Shown here: one piece after another, positions 18,329 to 28,666 of the stretch | Numbering within the stretch: the first letter of the stretch is position 1 | How the letters are laid out: the number at the start of each line of letters is the position of its first letter | Origin: an uncultured Gemmatimonadales bacterium | Lineage (GTDB): Bacteria; Gemmatimonadota; Gemmatimonadetes; Gemmatimonadales; GWC2-71-9 | DNA length: 64,000 bases | Assembly (NCBI GenBank): GCA_963695555.1 | Contig: CAVOGR010000002.1 | Location: forward strand, 320,001-384,000 | Reading direction: 5' to 3' | Notes under the pieces: generated by a model | Told to the model about the DNA's origin: nothing | What the model saw: only the letters and a program-made list of their open reading frames with translations | Databases searched by the model: none | Position numbers and translations under genes: made by a program

Positions 18329-19795
18329 TCAGCCGTCCACGCCTCGGGATGACCCCGGACCCCGTGCGGCAAGCGCCTGCCGCGCAGCCGCCGCCACCTC
18401 CCTCTCCGCCTGCCGGCCGACGCTCTCGAGGGCACCCCGGGCGGCATCTGATCCACAGTCGGCGAGGACACTGACCGCCTCCAATCGCTGGGCCCGGCTG
18501 TACCCCCGTTTCAGAATTCCCTTCTTCTCGAGCGCGACCGTGGCAAGGGCGGTTACGGCCTCCCGTGTTCCGAGCCGGCCGAGGGCACGGGCCATCATTA
18601 CCCAGGCAGTCTCATCCCGCTCTCCTTCGAGCGCCACCATGAGGGGCATCCCAAGGCCGGGCCGCTCGGAGGCCGCGATCGCGAGCGCCGCGTGCCCCCG
18701 GGTGTCAGGTGATGCATGCTGCAGCCCTTGCCGGAGCGCCTCCACTGCCCGGGCGTCCGCAAACGCCGCCAGCGCGTGGAGCCCCGCAGCTCGGATGTCC
18801 GGACTTGGATCGTCGAGCAGGGCGAGCAAGGAGGGGAGAGCCTCGGAGTCCGCCAGGCGCGCCAGCAGTTCGGCGCCGACCTGGACGACGGAAGCTTTCT
18901 CATGATGTAGCAGAGGAAGTACCTGCCTGAGCGCTCCCGGGGTTTCGACGATGGCGTCGTGGAGAAAGGCCCTTGCTTCGACCGATTCGGTCTGCTGAAT
19001 GGACTCGATCATCGCTTCGAGGGCATCACGGCCACCCCATGGCAGGATGTCTGCAACGCGTTGTTGCTCCTCGGGAGCCCGGATCGCAAAGGATATAAAG
19101 GAATCGAGTGTCGGCTTGGGGAGGAGGCGCTTCACCTGGATGGCGAAACTGCGCGACTCGGGTTCCGGAATACGCGGCGCCATCTGGATTAGGGCCTGGG
19201 CAGCATGAATCGCCTCCATCCACGACGATTGCGCGCAGGCCTCCGTCAGGGCAGCCGTCACTTCCGCCATCTTGGCGGAGAGGCCTTCCGCTAACCGAGG
19301 GCGGCGCGGCTGGTCGTCCTCCACCAGTGGCAGGAACTGAAAGCCGGGGTCCTCGACGAGCGGTGGCTCCGGCGCCGTGGCGACCGCCTTCGGAGTGATC
19401 GCCTCCGCGGCACCAGGGCGGATGGAGTGCACCAGCTCAACCTGGACGGCCTCGGTGCTGGGAATCGGGCCGTCTTCTTGGGCAAGGGCCTGGGCCAGCG
19501 CGAGCAGCTCCTCCGCCGGCGCCCCAGGAGCCACCCGAATCACGTCGACCTGTCGGGCATGCATCCGCCCCCTGAGGCTCGTGTCATTGAGCATGCCGGT
19601 GAGTTGGATCCCGGCCTCTTCCACTACCGGCTCGCGCGCAACGAGAGCAGTGACTTCGGTCACGAGCTTCCGAACGGATGCTTGGTCCCCGCGCGTGGCG
19701 CGCAGCTGTTGCACCAGGCGTCCGAGGGCGTCGCTGAATGGGGTGTCACCCGCCACGACCGACTCCTTCCGGTTCGATTCCCCGAACGTTGTCAT
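18329..19795 (-). CDS. HEAT-repeat protein
   Basis: C-terminal PBS-lyase/HEAT repeats (LLALLDDPSPDIRAAGLHAL; LRQGLQHASPDTRGHAALAI). Confidence 0.75.
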   Translation of the reverse strand: MTTFGESNRKESVVAGDTPFSDALGRLVQQLRATRGDQASVRKLVTEVTALVAREPVVEEAGIQLTGMLNDTSLRGRMHARQVDVIRVAPGAPAEELLALAQALAQEDGPIPSTEAVQVELVHSIRPGAAEAITPKAVATAPEPPLVEDPGFQFLPLVEDDQPRRPRLAEGLSAKMAEVTAALTEACAQSSWMEAIHAAQALIQMAPRIPEPESRSFAIQVKRLLPKPTLDSFISFAIRAPEEQQRVADILPWGGRDALEAMIESIQQTESVEARAFLHDAIVETPGALRQVLPLLHHEKASVVQVGAELLARLADSEALPSLLALLDDPSPDIRAAGLHALAAFADARAVEALRQGLQHASPDTRGHAALAIAASERPGLGMPLMVALEGERDETAWVMMARALGRLGTREAVTALATVALEKKGILKRGYSRAQRLEAVSVLADCGSDAARGALESVGRQAEREVAAAARQALAARGPGSSRGVDG

Positions 19796-19869
19796 CCGGC
19801 ACGACGAATGGGAAGTAGTCTGGCTCTCGAAACGATGCGGACCAGTGCCTGGAATGGCTCCCAGACACG

Positions 19870-19901
19870 CGCGCCCCCGCGAGCAATCTCGCGGGGGCGC
19901 G
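19870..19901. terminator. GC-rich hairpin downstream of hsp20
   Basis: CGCGCCCCCGCGAG-CAAT-CTCGCGGGGGCGCG, 14-bp stem about 20 nt after the hsp20 stop; no clear U-tract. Confidence 0.6.
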
Positions 19902-19922
19902 TGGAGCTACTCGTCGGCGAGG

Positions 19923-20369
19923 TTAGGAAACCCTGACCGGGATCTCGCGCGGCCGGGCCCGCTCGGCCTTGGGCAACGTCACCGTCAGCAGGCCGGCATC
20001 GTACTTGGCTTCGATCTGATCGGGATCGACGGTGCTCGGCAACGAGAACACTCGCTCGAACGAGCCGTACGAGCGCTCATACCGATGCACTCGCTCCGTC
20101 TTCTCGTCGGCCACCTGCCGCTTCTCGCCCCGGATGGTAAGCGTGTTGTTCTCCAGGGACAGCTTCACATCCTCCGGCCGAACGCCGGGAATCTCCGCGA
20201 TGATCTTGATCGTGTCCGAATGCTCGAACACGTCGCACGGCGGGACCCACTGAGACGTAATGGTCCCCTCTCCGCCTTCGCTCTGCCAGGTTCCGTAGGC
20301 GTCATCGAACATCCGATTGATCCGATTGAGCAGAATCGCCTCCGGTCGCCTCCTAATGGTGAGTGCCAT
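19923..20369 (-). CDS. Hsp20/alpha-crystallin small heat-shock protein
   Basis: WVPPCDVFE, AEIPGV, ERSYGSFERVFSLP, AKYDAGLLTVTLPK; GGAGG RBS. Confidence 0.95.
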   Translation of the reverse strand: MALTIRRRPEAILLNRINRMFDDAYGTWQSEGGEGTITSQWVPPCDVFEHSDTIKIIAEIPGVRPEDVKLSLENNTLTIRGEKRQVADEKTERVHRYERSYGSFERVFSLPSTVDPDQIEAKYDAGLLTVTLPKAERARPREIPVRVS

Positions 20370-20458
20370 GGTACATCCTCCAGGTGCGTGTCTAACATGA
20401 TCTGTTTCGTCCCCGGTACGCCGAGTCAGCCGTCGATGGCAGGACCGACCACTCTCTT

Positions 20459-20474
20459 TGCAGCAGCTATGCCA
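20459..20474 (-). promoter_or_regulatory. Putative sigma54 (-24/-12) promoter of hsp20
   Basis: Minus strand TGGCATAGCTGCTGCA = GG-N10-GC, about 90 nt upstream of the ATG. Confidence 0.65.
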
Positions 20475-20620
20475 GGGCTAACTGGCAAAAATCGGCCACA
20501 ATGGCAGCTTTTTGAGATTTATAGTTAGTCGCTGGCAGTCCGATGAACTGCCAGTTTGTGCCACCGGGAGCGAAAGAGGGGTGGAGGCCGCCTCTTGGTG
20601 GGGGGGGCCGGCGTGGGGCC

Positions 20621-22057
20621 TCAGGCAACCCCGTCCGATACCACGGGCAGTCCTGCCTCGACCCAGGCCACGATTCCCCCCGTCAGGTTTGAGACGTCTC
20701 GCCGGCCAGCCGCGCGCAATAGGCTCGCAGCAATCGTGGAGCGTCCGCCGGTCCGGCATTGCAGGACCAGCGGCCGGTCGGACGGGAGTTCCTGGAGCCG
20801 ATCTCGGAGATAGCCGAGGTGGATATGGGTCACGCCCGGCAGATGGCCGGCCTTCCATTCCGCGGCGGCGCGGACGTCGATCACGGCCACGTCCCCGGTT
20901 TCCATGCGACGGGCAAGCTCCCGGCTGTCGATCTGGTCGATCCGGTCTAGTTCGACGCCGTTCGCTTCGGCGCTGATGATGGCTGAGGCCCCGGCGTATC
21001 CAGCGATGTTCTCGAGTCCGATCAAGGCCAGATCGCGCACAGCGTCATCGAGGGCGTGCTCGTGCGTGTCGGGAACGATCAGGTAGAACTCGCGGTCATA
21101 GGGGACCAGCCACCCGGCCCAGGTTGGAAAGGAACGGCCGAACGGGATGTTGATGGTGCCGCGATGGTGGCCCTCGCTGAATTCCTGTTTCGAGCGGGCG
21201 TCGATGACCACTGCCCCGTCACGGATGAGGTCGACAATCCGGGCGTCGTCGAGTCGTGGCGGGCGCTTGAAGCCGTTGAGGATCGCCGGCCCCTTCCGGT
21301 TCACTCGCTTCATTTGCCCGAAATACTTGGGAGGCTCTGGCTGGTCGGCCAGCACCAAGGCCAGAAAATCGTCTTCTTCGGTCGCAGCGAAGGCCCAATT
21401 AAACAGGCGTTCATAGCCGACCGTCGACTGTGGCACCGCGCTCATCCCCTTGCCGCAGGCCGACCCGGCTCCGTGTGCCGGCCACACTTGAAGATGGTCT
21501 GGGAGGTCCTTGAACGCGCGCAGGCTTCGGAAGAGCGCCCTGGCCGCTCCCTCGCTGGCACCCGTCACATGCGCAGCCTTTTCCAACAGGTCCGGTCGTC
21601 CCACGTCTCCCACGAACACGAAATCGCCGGTGAGGACGCCCATGGGGCCCGATGCTCCAGCCGTATCCGTGACCACGAAACAGATGTGCTCCGGAGTATG
21701 TCCCGGCGTGTGAATCACATCGAACCCGATGTTGCCGACCATGAAGTGGTCGTCGTGGCGGAGCAGCGTCGCGCCTGCGCCCGCGGCAAAGGCGTACTGC
21801 CAGTCCTCACCGCCCTCTGCCGACAGCAGGAGCTGGGCGCCGACTCGGTGGGCGAGTTCCCGGGCGCCTGAGACAAAGTCGGCGTGGATGTGGGTCTCGG
21901 TCACGGCGCTCACGCGAAGGTCCTCCGCTTCCGCGGCTCGCAGGTACTGATCGATATCCCGGTTCGGGTCGACGACGAGTGCCTCCCCCGTCGCGGCACA
22001 GCCGATGAGGTAGCTAGCCTGAGCCAACTTGTCGTCGTAGATGCGCTGGAAGATCAT
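20621..22057 (-). CDS. MBL-fold persulfide dioxygenase fused to rhodanese domains (CstB/Blh-like)
   Basis: ETHIHADFVSG, HTPGHTPEH, GDVGRPDL, PAHGAGSACG; two rhodanese domains with CRTGGRS active loop; start at MIFQRIY. Confidence 0.88.
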   Translation of the reverse strand: MIFQRIYDDKLAQASYLIGCAATGEALVVDPNRDIDQYLRAAEAEDLRVSAVTETHIHADFVSGARELAHRVGAQLLLSAEGGEDWQYAFAAGAGATLLRHDDHFMVGNIGFDVIHTPGHTPEHICFVVTDTAGASGPMGVLTGDFVFVGDVGRPDLLEKAAHVTGASEGAARALFRSLRAFKDLPDHLQVWPAHGAGSACGKGMSAVPQSTVGYERLFNWAFAATEEDDFLALVLADQPEPPKYFGQMKRVNRKGPAILNGFKRPPRLDDARIVDLIRDGAVVIDARSKQEFSEGHHRGTINIPFGRSFPTWAGWLVPYDREFYLIVPDTHEHALDDAVRDLALIGLENIAGYAGASAIISAEANGVELDRIDQIDSRELARRMETGDVAVIDVRAAAEWKAGHLPGVTHIHLGYLRDRLQELPSDRPLVLQCRTGGRSTIAASLLRAAGRRDVSNLTGGIVAWVEAGLPVVSDGVA

Positions 22058-22063
22058 GATTGA

Positions 22064-22105
22064 ACAGTGAGTAGTGAGTAGTGGGTAGTATGTAGTACGC
22101 AGCGC
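22064..22105. repeat. Degenerate 7-bp tandem repeat (GTAGTGA-like, about 6 units)
   Basis: acagtga gtagtga gtagtgg gtagtat gtagtac gcagcgc, directly 5' of the dioxygenase start. Confidence 0.6.
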
Positions 22106-22194
22106 ACCAGGCAGCAGCAAGGCGGATTTCGACCGAGCCCAAAGGTACATCTCCGGCCGACATCCACCATTCACTCCCGGGGACAATTTCGTTA

Positions 22195-22212
22195 TATTGC
22201 TATATGGTTGTA
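22195..22212. promoter_or_regulatory. Putative ArsR operator, site 1
   Basis: Reverse complement TACAACCATATAGCAATA overlaps the arsR ATG; matches site 2 at 14/18 positions. Confidence 0.6.
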
Positions 22213-22563
22213 AAGCGAAAGAGCCGTCAATCGGGCGTCCAGCTCACCGAGGACACCGCCGACCTGGTAGCCGAGCGGTTCAGCGCGCTCGGCGAGCCCA
22301 TGCGGCTGCGTCTCCTGAATGCCTTGCGGCCCGGGGCTCGGTCGGTGGGCGACCTCGTGACCCTCATCGGCACGAGTCAAGCCAACGTCTCAAAGCACCT
22401 ACAGGTGCTTTACAAGCAGGGATTCGTGGACCGGCGAAAGGATGGGACGACCATCTTTTACCGGATTGCCGACCCCATGGTTTTCGAGATGTGCAACCTG
22501 GTGTGTGATGGGATCCAACAGGATCTCGACCAGCGGCGCGCCCGACTACGGCCGAACGACTAA
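22204..22563 (+). CDS. ArsR/SmtB family transcriptional repressor
   Basis: FSALGEPMRLRLL, SQANVSKHL winged HTH; C-terminal CNLVC; divergent from the dioxygenase gene. Confidence 0.9.
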   Translation: MVVKRKSRQSGVQLTEDTADLVAERFSALGEPMRLRLLNALRPGARSVGDLVTLIGTSQANVSKHLQVLYKQGFVDRRKDGTTIFYRIADPMVFEMCNLVCDGIQQDLDQRRARLRPND

Positions 22564-22595
22564 CCGTCGGCGTTCGGGCCGCACCCCGCTGCCCC

Positions 22596-22890
22596 CTAGA
22601 AGAACTCGTCGACTCCGAGCGTCGAGACGTGGAGGCGCCCACCCTCCGGCATATGCCCGGCCTGCGATTTGAGCGCTACCATCACGGGTTCCTGCCGCTC
22701 TGGTGACACGACCGAGAAGAAGAGCGTGGTGTTCCCGGGGAACGCACGCGTTCCTTGGCGTGGACCGCTCGTTCCGTCTCCACACGCTTCGTTCACGCAG
22801 GTGTAGCCAGACACGCCTTCTTGCTTGAGCACGTCGAGTCACGATTTCCGGATGGGTGCCGGAGTAGGTAATCAAGAACAAGCGGTGCAT
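22596..22890 (-). pseudogene. P-II-like transporter-associated protein, frameshifted (probably a sequence indel)
   Basis: N-terminus MHRLFLITYSG in one frame continues as LDVLKQEGVSGYT..ACGDGTSGPRQGTRAFPG in another; shift near 22838. Confidence 0.6.
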
Positions 22891-25800
22891 CAGGACGTAC
22901 CTCCTTCTCTACGGCGAAGCTCCCAGTACAACAGCGGCACGACCACCATCGTGAGCAAGGTTGCGACGATGGCGCCGCTGATCAGCGCTACGGCCAGTCC
23001 CTGAAAGATCGGATCGACCACCATGACCAGGCCACCGATCACCACCGCCGCGGCCGTCAAGGCGATCGGCCGGAACCGTACGGCACCGGCCTCCACCACG
23101 GCCTCGGCCAGGGGGCGGCCACGCTCTTCGGCCAGTTGGATGAAATCGACCAGCAGGATCGAGTTTCGAACGATGATGCCGGCGAGCGCGATCATCCCGA
23201 TCATCGAGGTGGCGGTAAAGAACGCCCCGGTCACCGCATGTCCTGGCAGGATCCCCACCAGGGTCAGCGGAATGGGGCCATGATGACCAACGGAATCTTG
23301 AACGACTGGAACCACCCAACCACCAGCACGTAGATCAGGATCAAGACCGCCGCGAAGGCGATCCCAAGATCGCGAAAGACTTCGATGGTGATGTGCCACT
23401 CGCCGTCCCACTTCATCGCCGTCTCATCCAGCTGCTCGGGGAGAATGGCGTTATAGCGCCGGATTTCGGCCCCGGCCACCCGCACCGTATCCAGGGCCCG
23501 GTTCATGTTCAGGATCGCGTAGACCGGTGACTCGACGGTGCCGGCTACATCGCCGGTTACGTAAATCACCGGACGCAGGTTCTTCCGAAAACGTGACGGT
23601 TCGCGCACGGTGGAATCGACGGTGACGAATCGCGCCAGCGGTTGCGGGCCGGAGGCGGTGGCCACCGGGGTGGCCAGCAAGGCCTGCACCGAGGATCGCT
23701 GGGGAAGCGGGAACCTTGCCACGATGGGCACAGGCTCACGAGCCGGCGATTCTCGCACGAGGCCCGCGACCGACCCCGAGAGTGCCAGGGTGAGCGTGTG
23801 GGTCAGTTGCTCCACGCTGGCACCGGCCTGCGCTGCGCGGACCCGGTCCACCGTGAACATCCACCCTGCCTGCGGCGCCTCGAGCGACCAATCGACATCG
23901 ACTACACCGGCGGCGTGCTCGAAGACGTCCTTGACGCGCCGGGCGGCCTCGACGCGGGTGGAGTCATCCGCGGCATAGATCTCAGCAACCAACGTTGAAA
24001 GCACCGGCGGGCCGGGGGGAATCTCCGCAATCTTGGCACTCGCTTGGTAGCGCCGTGCGATGGAGTCGATCCCCGGGCGCACGGCGACCGCAATCTCATG
24101 GCTCTGTCGTTTGCGATCGTTTTTGGGACGCAAGTTCACCTGGAGATCCACGCCGTTCGCACTTTGGCGGAGGAAATAGTGGCGCACCAAGCCGTTGAAG
24201 TTGAAGGGCGCCGCGGTGCCGGCGTACACCTGGGTGTTTTCAACTTCCGGTGTCTCTCCGACGTAGGCCGCCACTTCAGTGCCGAGCGCATTAGCCGTTT
24301 CGAGTGTGGCGCCCTCCGGAAGGTCCAACACCACCTGGAACTCACTCTTGTTATCGAACGGCAGCATCTTGACCTCGACCACCTTGATCGCGAGGAGCCC
24401 CATGCTGAGCACCAGGAGTGTGGCCACGGCGCCGTAGAACAAGTGGCGGCGGCGTGGATCCTCCATGAGCGGTTGCATGATCCGGGCATACCGTTGGCCG
24501 AATTGCGACCGTTCTTCGGGCTCGTGGGCCACATCCGTCTTGGGGTGGGTCACCGGTACGTGGCCGCGCAGGAGGCGCAGCGCCAGATAGGGGGTGATCA
24601 TGAACGCCACGGCGAGCGAGGCCAGCATCGCCGCCGAGGCGCCAATCGGGATGGGACGCATGTACGGCCCCATCAAGCCCGAGACGAAGGCCATCGGGAG
24701 AATCGCGGCGATCACGGTGAAGGTCGCGAGGATGGTCGGATTCCCGACCTCATCGACGCCTTCGACGGCGGCCACCTCCGGGCGTGCGTCCGCCCATCTG
24801 GAGGTGGCGGTAGATGTTCTCGACGACCACGATCGCGTCGTCGACCAGGATGCCGATCGAGAAGATCAGAGCGAACAGCGTGATCCGGTTGAGGGTGTAG
24901 CCCAGGGCGTAGTAGACGAAGAGGGTCAGGGCCAGCGTCACCGGAACCGCCACGAGCACGATGATCGCTTCCCGCCAACCCAGAAAGATGCCGATGAGCA
25001 CGGTGACCGACAGCGTCGCGATCAACAGGTGGAGGATGAGCTCATTGGCCTTCTCGCTCGCCGTTTCCCCGTAGTCGCGGGTCACCTCGAGTCCGACGTC
25101 GGCGGGAATCAACCGAGACCTGGCTGCCTCGACGCGCTCGAGGACTGCATGTGCGATGGCCGTGGCATTGGCGCCCGGTCGCTTGGCGATCGCAAGCGTC
25201 ACGGCATGTTCCACGACACCGTCACGTCCCCGATGAGACACGTAGTGCTCGACTTCGCCGAAGGTGTCGTCGAGTGTGGCCACGTTTCCCAGATAGACCG
25301 GCCCGGCTCCCCGGCTGCTCACCACGACCCGCGCGAGATCCTGGACGCTCCGAATCGGGGCGCCGATTTGCACCCGGAACACGGAATTGCCCGAGGCGAA
25401 CTCGCCGGCCGTCAGGCGCGCGTTGGTGCCGCGAAGCGCCGCTGCCACTTCGCCCGGTGTGATCCCGTTCGATGCCAGACGTGCCGGGTCGAGAATCACG
25501 CGCACGGTGCGCGGTCTGCCGCCAACCACGAAAGTCTCCGCCACGTCCGGCAGGGTCCGGACCTCGTCATCGAGATGGGTGGCAATGAGCCTGAGCTCGT
25601 CGGAGCCGTAGCGTGTCGAGTGGAGGGTCAGCGTGAGGATCGGGACGTCATCGATGCTGTGCGGCTTGACCAGGGGCGGAAGCGCTCCGGGCGGAATCTC
25701 GTCCATGGCCGCGGCGAGCTTTGCGTGGACCTTGCTCACGCTCCGATCCTGATCCTCACCGACCGTGAAGCGCACGGTCACCAGCGTCATGCCATCTCCG

Positions 25801-26060
25801 GCCATTGCGTAGACGTACTCGACGCCGGGAATTTCCCACATCAGCTTTTCGATTGGGCGAGTGAGCAAGTTCTCCACTTCCGATGGACTCGCTCCCGGGA
25901 AGACCGCCATGACGTCGATCATGGGGACCGAGATTTGCGGCTCTTCCTCGCGCGGCGTGCCGAGCAGCGCGAGGGCGCCCACCGCCAAGGACGCCAGCGT
26001 AACCAGTGGAGTCAGCTTCGAACGAAGGAAGGCCTGAGCAATCCTACCCGCGATGCCCAT
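22890..26060 (-). pseudogene. RND efflux permease split by two frameshifts (about 24780 and 23275)
   Basis: Three consecutive ORFs carry PREEEPQI..IGILVDDAIVVVEN, MLPFDNKSE, and [21 protein letters not shown]. Confidence 0.85.
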
Positions 26061-26063
26061 CGT

Positions 26064-27101
26064 TCAGTCCGCCTCTTCGGTTGGAGTCGGGAGCATGATG
26101 TGCTCTCCCGGCTCGAGGCCGGATAGGACCTCGACCCAATCACCGAATAATTCCCCCACCCGGATCCACCGGAGCTCGGTCTCCTCGCCGCGACGAACCT
26201 GCACTCCGGTCAGGGCTCCTTCGCGAACCAGCGCCGCCCGAGGTACGGCCAGTGCGTGGCGCTCTCCCTGGACGAGGGCAAGCGTCGCGGCGCTCCCGCT
26301 CAAGTATTTTCGGTTCAGGTTGGTGACGAGTGCGTTGACGGTGTAGAGATTGGCACCGGGACCAGGGACCACCCCCTCGATCTTGAGGTCGACCTGCTCT
26401 TCTTCCAAGGTCCCTCGGATGGCGGCGCCACGGACGAGTCCGCGCACGGCATGCGGGGGTGCCATCACGCTCACGCGTAGCCGCGATGCATCCTCGAGCA
26501 CCACCAGCGGCGCGCCGGGAGCGGCAAACGCGCCGGGATCGACGAACCGTCTGGTCACGACCCCGCCGAATGGTGCGCGGATCTCTGCGTAGCGCTCCGC
26601 GGCAGCGACCTCGGCCGCAGCCGCCTGGGCGGCCGCCACCCCGGCCGCCGCGCGGCTGAGTTGGGTCTCGGCGGCGTCGAGCTGGGCCTTGGCTGCCGCG
26701 CTATCCGCAAAGAGCGCCCGGATCCGCGTCGCGTGCAGCTCCGCCTCGCTGCGGACGGCCTCGGCCTCCTGCAGACCCGCAGCCACTCTGGCTCGCTTGG
26801 CGTTCAGGTCCTGCGCGTCGATCGCGAGCAGCAACTGACCCGCGCGAACCACGTCACCCTCGTGCACCAAGACTCGGGTCACGGCCCCCATCAGTTTAGT
26901 GCTGAGCGTTGCCTGCTGGATTGGAGCTGCCGTGCCCGAGGCTTGGAACACGTCCTCGATCACCGTGTCTGACACCACGTACGTCGCACCGGTAATCGTG
27001 GCAGCCGCGGTGCTGCGCGTTTGGCTGTCATGCCCGCGCGAGCAGGCTCCGGCAGCGGTAAGGGTCGCTATGACCATGACGGAATTCGACCAGCGACTCA
27101 T
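26064..27101 (-). CDS. RND efflux periplasmic adaptor (MFP) subunit
   Basis: Lipobox AGAC; VHEGDVVRAGQLL, IRAPFGGVV. Confidence 0.88.
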   Translation of the reverse strand: MSRWSNSVMVIATLTAAGACSRGHDSQTRSTAAATITGATYVVSDTVIEDVFQASGTAAPIQQATLSTKLMGAVTRVLVHEGDVVRAGQLLLAIDAQDLNAKRARVAAGLQEAEAVRSEAELHATRIRALFADSAAAKAQLDAAETQLSRAAAGVAAAQAAAAEVAAAERYAEIRAPFGGVVTRRFVDPGAFAAPGAPLVVLEDASRLRVSVMAPPHAVRGLVRGAAIRGTLEEEQVDLKIEGVVPGPGANLYTVNALVTNLNRKYLSGSAATLALVQGERHALAVPRAALVREGALTGVQVRRGEETELRWIRVGELFGDWVEVLSGLEPGEHIMLPTPTEEAD

Positions 27102-27105
27102 TGTG

Positions 27106-28474
27106 TCACTCCTCTAGGGCGGTCAGGCTCGAGATGCTGACCCCGAATGCTTTACGCCGATCGGCTTCGGCAACGATGAGTTGATACTGCACGAGCGACA
27201 GGCCCAACTGCGAACTCGTCTCCGTAGCCTGGGCGTCGAGCAGTTCGACCACCGTGGCGAGCCCGCCTTCGTACTTCCGACTCACGATCCGGTGGGCCTC
27301 CCGGCTCTGTTCCACCGCACGCTCGGCAATGGCCAGTCGGGTGAGCGCCACCTCGACATCGGTTTGGCGGGCTGCCATCTCTACGCTGCGACCGGTGCGT
27401 CGCCGCCTCGGCCATGGCTCGCGCCGAAGCTTCCCGGCCCTTGGCCGCCTGCATGTCGCCGATCTCCGAGGCCCCCGCAAAGGGCGTCCAGACCGCCATG
27501 ACCCCGACGGTCCAGCTCTTCTCGCCGGCGAAGAACCCGTCGGCGTACCAATCGTACCGGGCGAACGAGTTGACCCTCGGCACATAGCGGGACCGGGCTC
27601 GCCACACGTCGCGCCGGGTGGCGTCCCAGGCGTGGGTAGCTGCCGCCACGTCCTGACGTGCCTGAAGCGTTAACGAATCGGGCCGGATCAAGGCGCGGAT
27701 GCGAGTGGGAGAAGGGAGGCTCTCGGGTAGCGTGGCGGCTGCGCTGGCTGGGTCGCCGAGCAACAACGCCAACTCCCGATGCGCGTTGGCGCTCTCTCCT
27801 CGAGTCATGGCTAGTTGCGCGTCGACTTCGCCGGCACGCACCGAGGCGAGCAGTGCATCGGACCGGGTAACCATCCCGTTCGTCACCATCAACTCAGCTT
27901 GTCTGGTATGTTCGTGCGCGGCGCGGGAGGCGGCTTCCAGTGTCTGGACTTGGAACCCCGCCAGGATCGAGCCGAAATATGCGCGCACGACGTCGGCACG
28001 CACCGACTCCCGGGTCCACCGTGCATTCGCGGCACTTGCCGCGGCGGCACTCGAGGCCGCAGCCCGTCCCAGCCACGCATCGGCGTTGAAGAGTGGTTGT
28101 TCCACCACCAGCGCCCCGGCGTACAGGGATTGGGTCGCCGGATGATTCAGGGCGACGGGATCAAACGCCGCTGGCGTCACGGCGCGCTGCCGGAGGATGG
28201 TTCCAAAGGCGCCGAGCGGATCGGTGGTGCGGGTGTAGCCACCTTCGGCACGGAGGGTCGGTAATACCCCCGCAAGGGCCGAGGTCTTGTCTCCGGACCG
28301 GACCTGGGTTTCCCCCGCGGCAATACGGTTGGAATACGCCAGCTGGTCGGCCCGATCCAGCGCCTCGGCCAGCGAAAGGCTCTGGGCGGCCGCACCGGAC
28401 ACGGCACCCACGGCCAGGGCTGCGCCGAGCACTATACCGTAAACCATTGTCTTTATGTGTTTTACGCTTCGCAT
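27106..28474 (-). pseudogene. TolC family outer-membrane protein, frameshifted near 27390
   Basis: Signal peptide and TolC repeats in ORF 27152-28474; C-terminal KYEGGLATVVELLDAQ in a second frame ending at 27106. Confidence 0.8.
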
Positions 28475-28530
28475 AGACGCTACCTAAAGGGCGTTGAGCT
28501 CGAAAACCGGCAATTGTTGCTTCACTACTA

Positions 28531-28548
28531 TATAACCATAAAGTTATA
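28531..28548. promoter_or_regulatory. Putative ArsR operator, site 2
   Basis: Palindrome TATAAC-CATAAA-GTTATA in an AT-rich island upstream of tolC. Confidence 0.65.
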
Positions 28549-28666
28549 AAACAAGAGGTTGCGTCGCTACAGTTTGAGCCAGGCCTCGTGAAGCCCCTTG
28601 CCATCGAGTATGAGGGTTTCTTGTTTCTCCCCAAAGCTCGATCATGTCCGAGGGTACCGGGTGCTA

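Noticed and set aside
20532..20554. CIRCE (HrcA) element upstream of hsp20
   Set aside because: The inverted repeat CTGGCAGT-N7-ACTGCCAG is 23 bp and does not fit TTAGCACTC-N9-GAGTGCTAA; better explained as an enhancer-type site
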